Below are positions 1 to 10,385 of a stretch of DNA of 64,000 nt, one piece after another. The stretch covers positions 6,915 through 70,914 of the forward strand of contig CAJQNY010000079.1 of the NCBI GenBank assembly GCA_905479805.1. The letters are read 5' to 3'. Made by a program: the position numbers and the translations under genes. Within the stretch, counting starts at the first letter, position 1; the number at the start of each line of letters is the position of its first letter. This DNA is from an uncultured Arenicella sp. GTDB lineage: Bacteria > Pseudomonadota > Gammaproteobacteria > Arenicellales > Arenicellaceae. A model generated the notes under the pieces. That model made no database searches. It was not told the DNA's origin and saw nothing but the letters and a program-made list of their open reading frames with translations.

Positions 1-1153
1 GCTAAGTAAAGCCAAGTCGATCGAAGAAGAAGAACGCCATAACGCCAAATTTGATAAGAGGCTCGCTCAAGAAGAAGTTTGGATACGCCAAGGGATTCAG
101 GCTAGACGAACTCGCAACGAAGGCCGCGTTCGTGCCTTGGAGAAGATGCGCGAAGAACGTTACCAACGTCGCGAACGGCAATCAACTGCGCAAATTAACC
201 TAAACCAAGGAGGAAAGTCGGGCAAGATAGTAATCGAAGCGGAAAATATTTCTGCCAGCTTTGATCAGCTAAAGGTCATAGATGATTTTTCCTGCACAAT
301 ACTGCGCGGCGACAAAATAGGCATCATTGGCCCAAACGGCTGCGGCAAATCTACTTTGATTAAGATTTTGACCGGAGAAGAAAAACCCGACACAGGTTCT
401 ATTAAAATTGGCACTAGCTTAGAAGTAGCCTATCTCGACCAACACAGATCAGCGATTCGCGATGATCTCAGCGTCCAGGATAACGTCTCAGGTAACACTG
501 AAATAACCATCAACGGACAAAGCAAGCATATTATGGGCTACCTGCAGGACTTCCTATTTAGCCCATCAAGAGCGCGCGCACCGGCCGCAAAACTTTCTGG
601 TGGTGAACGGAATCGCTTAATGCTGGCCAAACTCTTTACCAAGCCTTTCAATTTATTGGTATTGGACGAACCAACCAATGACCTTGACTATGAAACGCTT
701 GAGTTGTTGGAACAACTGCTTATGGATTATAGCGGAACGCTGTTACTGGTAAGCCACGATAGAACATTTCTGAACAATGTCGTCAGCAATACCATCGCGT
801 TTGAAGGGGATGGCAAGACCTATGAATACATTGGCGGCTATGATGACTGGCTAAGACAACGAAGAAGTAATATTGACAGTAAATCTTCTAATGAGGCTAG
901 CAAGGAAACGAAAACAAAACCAAGCCAAAAAACTAAAAAGCTGAGTTACATGCTACAGAGAGAGCTTGATACTTTACCCATTACAATAGAAAAGCTTGAA
1001 TCGCAGGTAAACGAGCTAACAGTAAGAATGTCTGATCCTAGTTTTTACCAAGGTGATACTGATGTTGTTAGCCAAACTGGAACGGATCTAAAGGCCCTGC
1101 AATCTGAACTTGATGCATGTTATACCCGTTGGGAAGAACTAGAAGACTCTTAG
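1..1153 (+). CDS. uup: ABC-F family ATPase Uup (5'-truncated by window edge)
   Basis: Frame is open from base 2 (KFDKRLAQEEVWIRQGIQARRTRNEGRVRAL linker). Second NBD has GPNGCGKS, LSGGE and LLVLDEPTNDLD, followed by the C-terminal coiled coil KKLSY...RWEELE. Confidence 0.92.
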   Translation, partial: LSKAKSIEEEERHNAKFDKRLAQEEVWIRQGIQARRTRNEGRVRALEKMREERYQRRERQSTAQINLNQGGKSGKIVIEAENISASFDQLKVIDDFSCTILRGDKIGIIGPNGCGKSTLIKILTGEEKPDTGSIKIGTSLEVAYLDQHRSAIRDDLSVQDNVSGNTEITINGQSKHIMGYLQDFLFSPSRARAPAAKLSGGERNRLMLAKLFTKPFNLLVLDEPTNDLDYETLELLEQLLMDYSGTLLLVSHDRTFLNNVVSNTIAFEGDGKTYEYIGGYDDWLRQRRSNIDSKSSNEASKETKTKPSQKTKKLSYMLQRELDTLPITIEKLESQVNELTVRMSDPSFYQGDTDVVSQTGTDLKALQSELDACYTRWEELEDS

Positions 1154-1334
1154 TTAGGCCCTGAAAGGCGACTACTCAACTCGAGCTCTGCTATCAAAGA
1201 TAGTCATTTAACCCAAATTATTCGCTATTTGTTCAATTCACTGTTCAAAGATAAGATGTGTCTCTCACGGTCAAACTTTTAGAACCCATGGGCACTTTAG
1301 GGTACCGACAAATTTCGTAGTTACGGCGTAGCAC

Positions 1335-1950
1335 GGTGTTGTCAGAGTAACTTTAAGAATAGCCGTTATCGCTACTAGAGTTTGATGATTGAAAAGAAAA
1401 CCTATTCAAATATTACAGGACATCACCTGAGAATTTCCGATCGGCGGTAATGTACTACGTTAGATATCCGCTTAGCTTTCGTTAGGCGGAGGATATCCTG
1501 CATGAAGAGGGTTTCGATATTCGCCATGCAACGGTGCGCTGTTGGGTAGAGCGGTTTGGCGGTTTATTTGCTAAAGAAATATGTAGAAAGAGAGCGGGTT
1601 ATGGTTCCACTGGAAATGGCATTTGGATGAGGTGTTTGTAAAGATTAACGGCGATAATTTTTACTTATGGCGAGCGGTCGATCATGAAGGCGAGGTTCTA
1701 GAAAGCTCTGTAACAAAGCGCAGAAACAAACGGGCGGCGTTAGAGTTTTTACGTAAAACGATGAGAAAGCACACTTCAGAAATTCACGAGTATTCATGCT
1801 TAAGTCTACAATCACGAAAGGAATCTTCAGAAACGAGAAACTTACAAAGACATGAGATCTACCGCTCTAACTCAGTGCCGTGAATTACATGCCTGCTAGC
1901 AAATGCTCGAGATAGATTTTTGAAATTCTGGAAATTAACCTGACAGCTCC
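1335..1950 (+). mobile_element. Degenerate IS6-family insertion sequence
   Basis: Imperfect terminal inverted repeats GGTGTTGTCAGAGTAACTTT (1335-1354) and GAAATTAACCTGACAGCTCC (1931-1950) flank IS6 transposase remnants. Confidence 0.8.
1398..1899 (+). pseudogene. IS6-family DDE transposase pseudogene (stop codons, frameshifts, internal deletion)
   Basis: Fragments YVRYPLSFR*AEDILHE...TVRCWVERFG, WHLDEVFVKINGDNFYLWRAVDHEGEVLE and C-terminal LQKFTSIHA*VYNH are separated by frameshifts. The central TDKxxSY and NNRAENSH segment is missing. Confidence 0.85.
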
Positions 1951-2379
1951 AAGTTAACTTGTCAGCACCTTCTTCTGTGAACCGTATCATGCGTGATCAA
2001 ATGCCAACTTTAGCTGAAGACGCTAAAACTACATTACTTGATTACCTTGCCTTACTCACCCATCTGGGTGAGGCGATGGTATTGGAAATGAGATAAGCTA
2101 TTTGTCTAACCTAGATGTAAATAGATACCATGATCGAATTCAAAGTAAGTAATAGTGAACTGAATGAGTTAAAAGAGACCGTCCCCAATTTAACTCTGAT
2201 ACTAAATGCTCTAAACAACCACTCCGAGATAACGCTTGTCTTAGGTGGAGAACCTTCCACTAACTTAAGCGTAGGCGAAAAGACTAAGCCAATCTCTGCA
2301 TATTAAACGCCAGCATTAATCGTAATCTGAAGAATTGATCCTTTCAGTCTTAGTCAAAAGCACTTTTCCACCGCTTGGT

Positions 2380-3243
2380 TTAAATCTGATTTCTTATTGG
2401 CAATGCAGCCATTGGAATATTCTTAGACTGAAAATCTCTGATCAAGTTCTCCAAAACTTCTGACCTAAGAGTAGTGCGTGTCTTCACATCTTCTAAACGA
2501 TATCTAGCTTCATAAAGAACGCCTGACAACAAGTGCCCTTGATCGTCATCCCAAAGCGAGCGAATTACCACCGTCGTTGTTCCGTCAATTATTCCATTTA
2601 CTTTCTCGATTGCCGCAATCGTGGTTGATTTGACTATTTGTGGATCTGCACTGTAATCGGTTTGGAACCGAACCCGGGCGCGTACTGGCTGAGGGTCTAT
2701 GGAGAAATTCTTGATGGTGGACGCTGCTAAAGCCGCGTTCGGATAATTTACGATCACACCATCAGTATTACGAATCGTGGTTCTTCGTAGCCCGATGTCT
2801 ACAACATCACCCCAACCTCCCCAGTGCTTACCGATCTTATCGATAATTATTCGATCTCCAATCCTAATCGGTCTGTCGGCAATTAGAAATATACCCGCCA
2901 ATATGTCGGCCAAGGTCTCCTTAGCCGCCAAGCCAATCGCAATCCCAAAGATACCTGCGCCGGCAAGTACTGGACCAATTTCCACCCCGTTTATCTTCAA
3001 GACCCAGATCAAACCACCGAATATGGCTCCCAGCCAGAGAAACTGTTTTAGAAAGTGCACAAATCGATCGTCAAAATCATTTTCGGTGTTTGCAGTTAAA
3101 CGCTCCAGCTTTCTAATGACTACAAATCTAAGGATATAGAAAATTGTAAGTGTCACCACCACAGCAAGCAGTGACTGTACGAGGCCAGAACTTGTCTGCC
3201 AAAATCCTTGAACTTGCAATGTTAGTTTCTGTAAGAGTTCCAT
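2380..3243 (-). CDS. MscS-family small-conductance mechanosensitive channel
   Basis: Three TM helices, GAGIFGIAIGLAAKETLADILAG, PIRIGDRI, DIGLRRTTIR, PNAAL. Confidence 0.9.
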   Translation of the reverse strand: MELLQKLTLQVQGFWQTSSGLVQSLLAVVVTLTIFYILRFVVIRKLERLTANTENDFDDRFVHFLKQFLWLGAIFGGLIWVLKINGVEIGPVLAGAGIFGIAIGLAAKETLADILAGIFLIADRPIRIGDRIIIDKIGKHWGGWGDVVDIGLRRTTIRNTDGVIVNYPNAALAASTIKNFSIDPQPVRARVRFQTDYSADPQIVKSTTIAAIEKVNGIIDGTTTVVIRSLWDDDQGHLLSGVLYEARYRLEDVKTRTTLRSEVLENLIRDFQSKNIPMAALPIRNQI

Positions 3244-3306
3244 ATTTGTTTACCCTGATGTACTAGTTAAGTATGGCAGTGATACTTCTCTACCAATAGA
3301 TCATGC

Positions 3307-5019
3307 TTAGTCTAAGCCTAAAACTGTCCGGCCTTGTTCGTAGACAATATCGACTGGAATACTGAGGTCATCAAGACGTTGTAAGTCATTTTGTAAACGC
3401 TCACTTATTCCACCCATCTCCGCCACAAACTCATTCACTACAGAGTAATCTCCATCCCCCTGGAGAACTAACAATTCGTTACTCAGGTCTCGCACAGCGA
3501 TTTCAAACGCTTCTATATTTATTTTATATTTACCGGTTTCTTTATCTCGTGCAAATGCTCCCACACCACTAAAGTAGTTAAACCGAATCATATTAGCTCT
3601 TCCATGAGCGCTACTTGCACCGAAGCGCACCGAGCGGAAAATCCCCGCCAGAAAGGTAACGTAATTATCCATCAGTTCGCCTTCACTTATTTCCCCAAGA
3701 TCACGTAATTTTTGGATCATGTACAGGCCTAATACATCAGCCTTTCCTTCCTCCAATGCCGAGGCATGCTCTTTCAATGCCTGGCGGACGGTTGTGTTTC
3801 CCTGCAGAGTCTTTTTAATGCCAAGACCATGTGCGACTTCATGAAACATCGTGTTGGCAAAAAAGGCATCAAAGGTGATGAATTTACGCTGATCTTCGGC
3901 GATTAATTCATTAGCAATAGGCACTAAAATTTGATCGAATTTCGCACGCATGGCGTTTTTTATTTGTAAGCGACGGGTACCTTTTGCCAATTGCACTTCT
4001 TCATCATTGGGTAAATTGATCGCTATAGTTTTCGCTCCAGAATTACAGTCTCCCGCACAGTAAGCCATGTCATAGGCGTTTAAATCTGCATCTGACCCAG
4101 GAATCTCTGCTTTATACTCCGTTGCAACCGGAAGACCCTGTTGAAGCTGTGGCATATATTTTGCAAATTTCTCCAAGCGTTTACTCCAAGCTTGATCTTT
4201 GATCAACACAAAGGTTTCAAACGCAGTACGATAACCGTAAAGCCCATCTTGATACGATTCAATAGGACCAATCACCAACTCGACAGGATTATCTTTCATA
4301 TCCATCCACGCCATATCAGAAGCCTGGTACTGATTACTCTTTAACGCTGCAGCGCGTAGCCTCAAGTAACTTGCGAAACCGGTATCTTCGGCAAGCTCAG
4401 CGGCTTCAAGCAATAGTGATGATATTTTGTTTATTTGCTCTTTATACGCATCACTATAATCGCGTAAAAATAACTCGCCTTGGTCATTTCTCTCTACTAG
4501 ACTGTATTGACCATCCTTACCTTCCATATCCCAAGCATCAAACTCCTGTTTAGTTATATCGTCTGGATAAAAGCGAGCTCCCGGTGAACGTGACCCAATC
4601 GATGGAACAAAGGATTGGTCTTCGGCCAATCGATCCCATGGTCCATAATTGTAAAATGCGAAACGTTTAGCTTTGGTATCTTCTATTCTATCCAGCAGTG
4701 CTTCCTTATCTCCCCACACTTGTTGCCAAAATATTTGATCAGTAATCTCACCCGCATCAATCAATAAACCAATCATTTTTTTCTGGTTTTCGCTCAAATG
4801 ACTCAGGTCAGCTTCTAAGCGTACCTTGGAGTAAATATCAAACCTAGAAGGTGACTCTTGAGCTGAGGTGCTATCGCCTTTCTCGATTAAGGACACTGTC
4901 TCAACGTCAGACTTTTCTACCGTAGACACTGAAACATCATTGCTTGATTCTTCGCCTGATTCACAGGCAATCAAAAACACAGAAAACAATAATAAGCACA
5001 ATTTAGTACAACGGTTCAT
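3307..5019 (-). CDS. Peptidase M49 (dipeptidyl-peptidase III-like) Zn-metallopeptidase, probable lipoprotein
   Basis: HEVAHGLG, LEEGKADVLG, AINLPND and RSVRFG motifs; N-terminal LIAC lipobox. Start moved to ATG 5019. Confidence 0.85.
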   Translation of the reverse strand: MNRCTKLCLLLFSVFLIACESGEESSNDVSVSTVEKSDVETVSLIEKGDSTSAQESPSRFDIYSKVRLEADLSHLSENQKKMIGLLIDAGEITDQIFWQQVWGDKEALLDRIEDTKAKRFAFYNYGPWDRLAEDQSFVPSIGSRSPGARFYPDDITKQEFDAWDMEGKDGQYSLVERNDQGELFLRDYSDAYKEQINKISSLLLEAAELAEDTGFASYLRLRAAALKSNQYQASDMAWMDMKDNPVELVIGPIESYQDGLYGYRTAFETFVLIKDQAWSKRLEKFAKYMPQLQQGLPVATEYKAEIPGSDADLNAYDMAYCAGDCNSGAKTIAINLPNDEEVQLAKGTRRLQIKNAMRAKFDQILVPIANELIAEDQRKFITFDAFFANTMFHEVAHGLGIKKTLQGNTTVRQALKEHASALEEGKADVLGLYMIQKLRDLGEISEGELMDNYVTFLAGIFRSVRFGASSAHGRANMIRFNYFSGVGAFARDKETGKYKINIEAFEIAVRDLSNELLVLQGDGDYSVVNEFVAEMGGISERLQNDLQRLDDLSIPVDIVYEQGRTVLGLD

Positions 5020-5119
5020 AGAACACCTTAAAAGTATATTTTGTCTAATTACTATATCAAAGGACACTCTAGAATTGGAGTATTACGGCAATTAGTCAAA
5101 CCAGTATTTCGCTCCATGT

Positions 5120-5524
5120 TTATTCTCTAACCGATAGCTTCAAATGTAAGACACGCAACTCATTATCGCTACTCACGAACGCTCGATGTCCGTGCTTACT
5201 CTGGTCAAACTCCAAGCCTGTTTGTAAAAAGTCCTCAGCAACAAACATATCTCCAGCTGCAAAGCGACGTGTTTGACCATCACGTAATTCGATGGTTATT
5301 TCTCCCTGCAGGATGACCAAAAGTGTCGGATCGCCTGCAACATGCCAAGAAGATGCGTAACTCGGGTCACTCGTTCTGAGCCGAAAGTTCTGTGCATCAT
5401 GCCGCTCACTCAAACTGCGTGCAGGCGTACCGTTTAAGGTGATGCTTCGTTTTGAAAAATATGATGTTTTTGATCCCTCGTTAACGATGCAATCTAGCTC
5501 TAACAAAGATTCAGTTTTCTGCAT
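5120..5524 (-). CDS. Cupin-fold protein
   Basis: WHVA...LLVILQGEITIELRDGQTRRFAAGDMFVAED...GH cupin pattern. Confidence 0.7.
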   Translation of the reverse strand: MQKTESLLELDCIVNEGSKTSYFSKRSITLNGTPARSLSERHDAQNFRLRTSDPSYASSWHVAGDPTLLVILQGEITIELRDGQTRRFAAGDMFVAEDFLQTGLEFDQSKHGHRAFVSSDNELRVLHLKLSVRE

Positions 5525-5555
5525 ACCTCAACTCCCACTTCGTACTGCTTGATGT

Positions 5556-6074
5556 CTATTTAAGTGACTTACGCTCAAAATTAAAGTTAATGATCTTTAG
5601 TGGCTCATCACCTTTTGAAACTCTAACTGCGGCGGACAAATTCCCACTGGAGTCTAGGGCATAGCTCACACCATCAAAATAGACCGCTCGGTCAGTAATT
5701 TCGACAAGCGCAAATTCTTCATATTCGTTTCGAGCTTCCCATCCATGCAGATCAGGGCCGAAATGTTTGATCCGCAATACAACGCTATTGTTCACCTCTG
5801 CAAATAGGTAAAACTCATAGAACATCAAGTCTCCATTTGGTTTCATTTGCCTAAACATTCCAGGGATCTGCCCACTTCTCGGCGTGCCTATATGTTCTTC
5901 GCTAACACCACCTAAGCCTACTCCTTGCCAATACCCAGTTAACCATGAAAGCTGTTCAACTTTTGCCTCGGGAGATATCTCGCCTTTACTGAGTGACTTC
6001 ACCTCAAGAGCAAGTACTGATGGAGTTACCATTAGCAAAAGCATGCTCAACTTAAATATAAGATTTGATTTCAT
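5556..6074 (-). CDS. Secreted DUF6265-like protein
   Basis: Signal peptide; LSWLTGYWQG, FYEF, LRIKHF..DLHGWE. Confidence 0.65.
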   Translation of the reverse strand: MKSNLIFKLSMLLLMVTPSVLALEVKSLSKGEISPEAKVEQLSWLTGYWQGVGLGGVSEEHIGTPRSGQIPGMFRQMKPNGDLMFYEFYLFAEVNNSVVLRIKHFGPDLHGWEARNEYEEFALVEITDRAVYFDGVSYALDSSGNLSAAVRVSKGDEPLKIINFNFERKSLK

Positions 6075-6122
6075 AAGCTATTAAACTTCACACGGCTTGG
6101 TATCACAGAATAGTGATGAACT

Positions 6123-7727
6123 CTAAAGCTCTTGATGAAGACCCTCTTCCCATTGTTTGCGTAGTTCGAACTTTTGGATTTTACCCGACCCCGTTAAGGG
6201 AAATTCCTCTACAACGAAAAAGTGTTTTGGTGTTTTCTGTGCAGAAAGATGTTCTCTCAGGTAGGCAAAAAGAATTTTCTTATTAATCACTTCGCCTGGG
6301 GCTGGTCGTAAAAATGCTCCAACAACTTCGCCCAAAAACTTGTCGGGAAGTCCGACCACGGCAACCTCACCCACACTCGCGTGTTCAAATAAGGCATTTT
6401 CAATTTCTTTAGGGTAAATATTTTCTCCACCACGGATTATCATATCTTTTAACCTACCTTCAACTTTACAATACCCACGTTCGTCCATCGAACAAAGGTC
6501 GCCAGTGTGCAACCAACCATCTTCATCAACAGTTTCAGCGGTTGCTTCAGGCATGTTGTAGTAACCATGCATCACGTGGTAGCCACGCGTACAGTATTCT
6601 CCATGAGCATTGATCGGCACGATATCTCCGCTCTCGGGATCAACTATTTTGATTTCCACATTCGGCATTGGTCCACCGATTGTATGTGCTTTGTCAGCAG
6701 GTGCATCATCAGGAACATTCATAGAGGAAACAGGCGATGACTCCGTTTGCCCGAACATGATTAAGAACTTCACGCCTAGTTCTTTTTCAAATTTTCTCAC
6801 CAACTCTTCCGGTACAGTTGAGCCTCCACTAGTCACTCGAGTCAACGAACTTAAATCTCGTGAAACGAACTCCGGATGCTCTATCATTGCGACTAACATA
6901 GTGGGAACCCCACCGACTGTATTCGCTTTGTAAGTCTCGATTAACTCAAGAACTAACGCAGGGTCGAAGGTTTCAACCAATACCATTGTCATACAACTTG
7001 AAACCGCACCTAAAACACCGAGTACGCAACCACTAGTATGGAACAAAGGCACCATAACAATGGAGACACCTCCCTCTTCAACGCCTACTGAATGATTAAC
7101 ATGCGCACCATTGTTCACCAGTCCGCGATGATGCAAGAGCACCCCTTTTGGAAAGCCTGTGGTGCCTGAAGTATATTGAATCATTGTGACATCGTCAGGC
7201 TTAACATCAGGTAATTCGATATCGCTTGATTCTCCCAAACGGATAAAGTCGCTCCAGTTATCTAGATTAATAATCTCACGCAGCGATTCGCAATCCTTCG
7301 AAACCTCCTCTACTGAATTAAGCATTTGATTACCACGAAACTCTGGTAATACAAATATACCGACGCTACCAGATTGCTTTAGCACGTAAGCAATCTCTTC
7401 CGGCCGATAAGAGGGGTTAACCGTAACCAATACTGTACCTGCCAGGGCAGACCCAAACTCCAGTGACACCCACTCTAAAATATTTGGTGCCATGACAGCG
7501 ACCCGCTCGCCTACCTCAAATTTTTCAAGTAGCGCCTTCGCCACTTTTTGGGCATCGGCGTACAATTGTGCATAGCTTATTTCTCGTCGATTCTGTGTAT
7601 CGTGAACTCCAGCGATAAGCGCAATTTTTTCAGGGTGACTTTCAGCTGCAGATTGCAGCAATTGCCCCATTGTTTTCTCTTGGACCGCAGGCTCCGTGGC
7701 CCCCCTGACATAAGATTTATCTAACAT
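6123..7727 (-). CDS. AMP-binding acyl-CoA synthetase (fatty-acid-CoA ligase)
   Basis: YTSGTTGFPKG, GQTESSP, GWLHTGD, GRLKDMIIRGGENIYP, TGSGKIQK. Confidence 0.92.
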   Translation of the reverse strand: MLDKSYVRGATEPAVQEKTMGQLLQSAAESHPEKIALIAGVHDTQNRREISYAQLYADAQKVAKALLEKFEVGERVAVMAPNILEWVSLEFGSALAGTVLVTVNPSYRPEEIAYVLKQSGSVGIFVLPEFRGNQMLNSVEEVSKDCESLREIINLDNWSDFIRLGESSDIELPDVKPDDVTMIQYTSGTTGFPKGVLLHHRGLVNNGAHVNHSVGVEEGGVSIVMVPLFHTSGCVLGVLGAVSSCMTMVLVETFDPALVLELIETYKANTVGGVPTMLVAMIEHPEFVSRDLSSLTRVTSGGSTVPEELVRKFEKELGVKFLIMFGQTESSPVSSMNVPDDAPADKAHTIGGPMPNVEIKIVDPESGDIVPINAHGEYCTRGYHVMHGYYNMPEATAETVDEDGWLHTGDLCSMDERGYCKVEGRLKDMIIRGGENIYPKEIENALFEHASVGEVAVVGLPDKFLGEVVGAFLRPAPGEVINKKILFAYLREHLSAQKTPKHFFVVEEFPLTGSGKIQKFELRKQWEEGLHQEL

Positions 7728-7903
7728 TGACGTTTGTCCTCCTCCATAAATAAACTATTTCTATTCTCTTCTACGACTACAATACTAGAAGCTGGTGAAC
7801 ACTTTTTGGTGTTTCACACGACATGATTATTTTATCGCTCAAGCATGCTATCAGTGACGTTTCTTTTAATAGAAGCGCGACGTTCGCATTTTAAATTAAT
7901 CCA

Positions 7904-9208
7904 TCAATTGCCTACTGTTTCTAACTTCTTAAAAGCATAGAAAACTATTACACCGATGGCAAACAAAATGACACCATAAGCAAGCACCACATAACCTGAA
8001 CCTGCGGCGGCTAATACCGTATACGCAAAAGAAACTAGAGCTATTATTGCCCAACCAACAGCGCTTTTATAAGAGGCATGAAGCTCCGCCAATGCGGATA
8101 CTGCGTAAACACTCAATACGGCTAATGTTGACATCGATATCAAGAACGTAAACGCTCCCACCAAACCATCCGCAAAATTTAGAATCAACAAAGCGCTGGC
8201 TATAGCTGATGACAGGAATAATGAAAAACTAGGGACGCTGCCTTTATTCATTTTTGTAAATATTTTTGGTGCTAATCCATCCATAGCGACAGCCAGCGGC
8301 ATTTGTGCTGATAAGAATATATTGCCATTTAGACCGCCGGCCGTAGCGATCAAAACGCCAACAGCGATCATACCCGCACCCCAAGTACCCAGCCTACTAG
8401 CTGCATCTACAAACGGTGCCTCTGAAATCATAAGCTGGTCTGCTGGCACAAGCATCATGATGGATATGGTCACCATGATATAAACTGTAGCGACAGTTAG
8501 TGCTGCTGAGATAACTGCTCGCGGTATTGTTTTAGTTGGGTTTACCACATTACCAGCCGGAACAACCGCCGCTTCGACACCAGAAAATGCCCACATGGTA
8601 AGCAAAGCCGTTGCAGCTAGCGCACTGCCTACCGGCTCATTATTAGGATTAAATTCTGGAATGTTTTCTGTAGTGCCTGTGAAAATAGCTAGGACAATGA
8701 TCACCAACAATGGAATCAATTTTAGAAAAGTGAGCGCAAGCTGAACGACAGCTGCCTCGGAAATACTTCTCAAATTTATCCCGGTAATAATCCAAATTGC
8801 CAAACCTGCCACAACGCCTTGGATAATATTATTTTCACCAACAGCAGGAACTATCGCGCCTAGATATCCGGCAAAAGCAACACTAACGGCGGCAATCGCA
8901 AACACAATGCTTAGCCAATACCCCCAAGCGATCAGAAAGCCGGGTAGATCTCCAAATGCTTCTTGAGCGTAAACATAGGGCCCACCGGTACGCTCGGTCT
9001 TCTGCGCCAATCGGCCCAATACCAGCGCGAGGAGAATTGCCCCCATACTGGTTGCCAACCACCCCAACAAACTAATGGAGCCGTAGGGCGCCAATACAGT
9101 CGGTAGTAAAAAAATACCTGATCCAATCATGACACCAACCGACATGCCCCAACATTGCCAGAACCCCATTACTCTCGCCTTAGCTACGTCTTCGTTCGTA
9201 CTTGACAT
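7904..9208 (-). CDS. APC-family amino acid permease (AdiC/PotE-like)
   Basis: IGSGIFLLP, GGPYVY, WAFSGVE, NPTKTIPRA; about 12 TM segments. GAGG RBS precedes ATG 9208. Confidence 0.88.
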   Translation of the reverse strand: MSSTNEDVAKARVMGFWQCWGMSVGVMIGSGIFLLPTVLAPYGSISLLGWLATSMGAILLALVLGRLAQKTERTGGPYVYAQEAFGDLPGFLIAWGYWLSIVFAIAAVSVAFAGYLGAIVPAVGENNIIQGVVAGLAIWIITGINLRSISEAAVVQLALTFLKLIPLLVIIVLAIFTGTTENIPEFNPNNEPVGSALAATALLTMWAFSGVEAAVVPAGNVVNPTKTIPRAVISAALTVATVYIMVTISIMMLVPADQLMISEAPFVDAASRLGTWGAGMIAVGVLIATAGGLNGNIFLSAQMPLAVAMDGLAPKIFTKMNKGSVPSFSLFLSSAIASALLILNFADGLVGAFTFLISMSTLAVLSVYAVSALAELHASYKSAVGWAIIALVSFAYTVLAAAGSGYVVLAYGVILFAIGVIVFYAFKKLETVGN

Positions 9209-9572
9209 ACTCATCCTCAGTGGTGGTAAATGAATATTCTTTAGCACGGGAGCTACAGTTTAATTTAATCGAATCGTCTCCTAAATAACGATCCACTTCC
9301 TATGCAAGAGAATTAGTAAAACCCCGTCGAGTATAGTGTGAGATCAAAAGAAAGCGAAACATTAATAGTTTCTGTTTGTTCTACAAATAGTGCTGATCCA
9401 ATGCTCCGTGGCGATTCCTTGAACATGTGCGCAGGCTAATCAACGCGCTCGATGCACGCTTTGCTTTACTAAGCTAAATTGAGATAGGAATTAAAAATCG
9501 ATGTTTAGTATCGATTAACTTGATTACTTTATGCACCCAGCTCAGACAGCGAGCCCAAATAGTAATATTCAG

Positions 9573-9628
9573 GAAAGTCGTTGAGGAAAGTCGTTGAGGA
9601 AAGTCGTTATGAAAGTCGTTATGAAAGT
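9573..9628. repeat. Short tandem repeat, core GAAAGTCGTT x4 plus a partial copy (13/12-bp period)
   Basis: GAAAGTCGTTGAG GAAAGTCGTTGAG GAAAGTCGTTAT GAAAGTCGTTAT GAAAGT read directly. Confidence 0.9.
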
Positions 9629-9630
9629 AA

Positions 9631-9855
9631 CTAGCCGATTGCCTCTTCACACGCACCAAACATATTCCGGTCTACACGATCGATTAAACGTTGTACTTCA
9701 GGCTTTGTTATCACGCGTAGTTTAACCGCTGCCTTGGCAAAACGGATTAAATTATCACGCTCTTCCAAACAGGTATTGTTGACTATAGTATTGCCGCTGA
9801 GGAACACATCGCAACGACGTTCCAGCTCACCCAAAAAATGTTGTTTATCTATCAT
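9631..9855 (-). CDS. Small hypothetical helical protein
   Basis: ORF in a gene-sized gap on the same strand as its neighbours; ATG 9855 chosen. Confidence 0.5.
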   Translation of the reverse strand: MIDKQHFLGELERRCDVFLSGNTIVNNTCLEERDNLIRFAKAAVKLRVITKPEVQRLIDRVDRNMFGACEEAIG

Positions 9856-10048
9856 TAACCCTAAACCCCGATCGAAATAACCCCTGCTAGTCAAAATAAT
9901 TTAGCGTTACCCAACGCTATCCATCCTTAAAATAACCATACCCACATCCATCATGACCAGCAACTGAGCTAACTTTAGACCTAAGCACGACTATTTGGTA
10001 GGGACTAAAGTCTAATAATAACGGTGGACAAACGGCTTCAAGCATTAT

Positions 10049-10369
10049 TCAAATAGGCTCCCAGCCATACACTTGTAAATTAATACGCCCATGTAAACCA
10101 AACTCTATCCCCTCTTGTTCCAATAAAGTTCGCTGGACGTTTTCATATTCTACCACTTGTCGGGAGCTAATTTCTCCGCGGGAGTTGACCACACGATGCC
10201 AAGGCACACCTGCAGCCTCTGAAAGCGCCGCCATCGCATAGCCCACTTGACGGGCAGCCCGCGGACGGCTGCTGAGTTTAGCGATTTGACCATAGCTGGC
10301 TACTTTACCCGAGGGAATCAGACTAACGATGGTGTAGACCTCAGTGTAATAGCTAGGGAATTTCTCCAT
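10049..10369 (-). CDS. atl: Alkyltransferase-like protein (ATL, YbaZ type)
   Basis: IPSGKVASYGQIA, ARQVG, and PWHRV (Trp in place of the MGMT catalytic Cys). Confidence 0.88.
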   Translation of the reverse strand: MEKFPSYYTEVYTIVSLIPSGKVASYGQIAKLSSRPRAARQVGYAMAALSEAAGVPWHRVVNSRGEISSRQVVEYENVQRTLLEQEGIEFGLHGRINLQVYGWEPI

Positions 10370-10385
10370 TTTTTATGACTGCCAG

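Noticed and set aside
1623-1883. 86-aa ORF as a functional transposase
   Set aside because: It is a fragment only, lacking the N-terminal domain and the later DDE catalytic residues.
9474-9659. 61-aa ORF with FHND repeats
   Set aside because: It is a translation of the DNA tandem repeat and has no other coding support.
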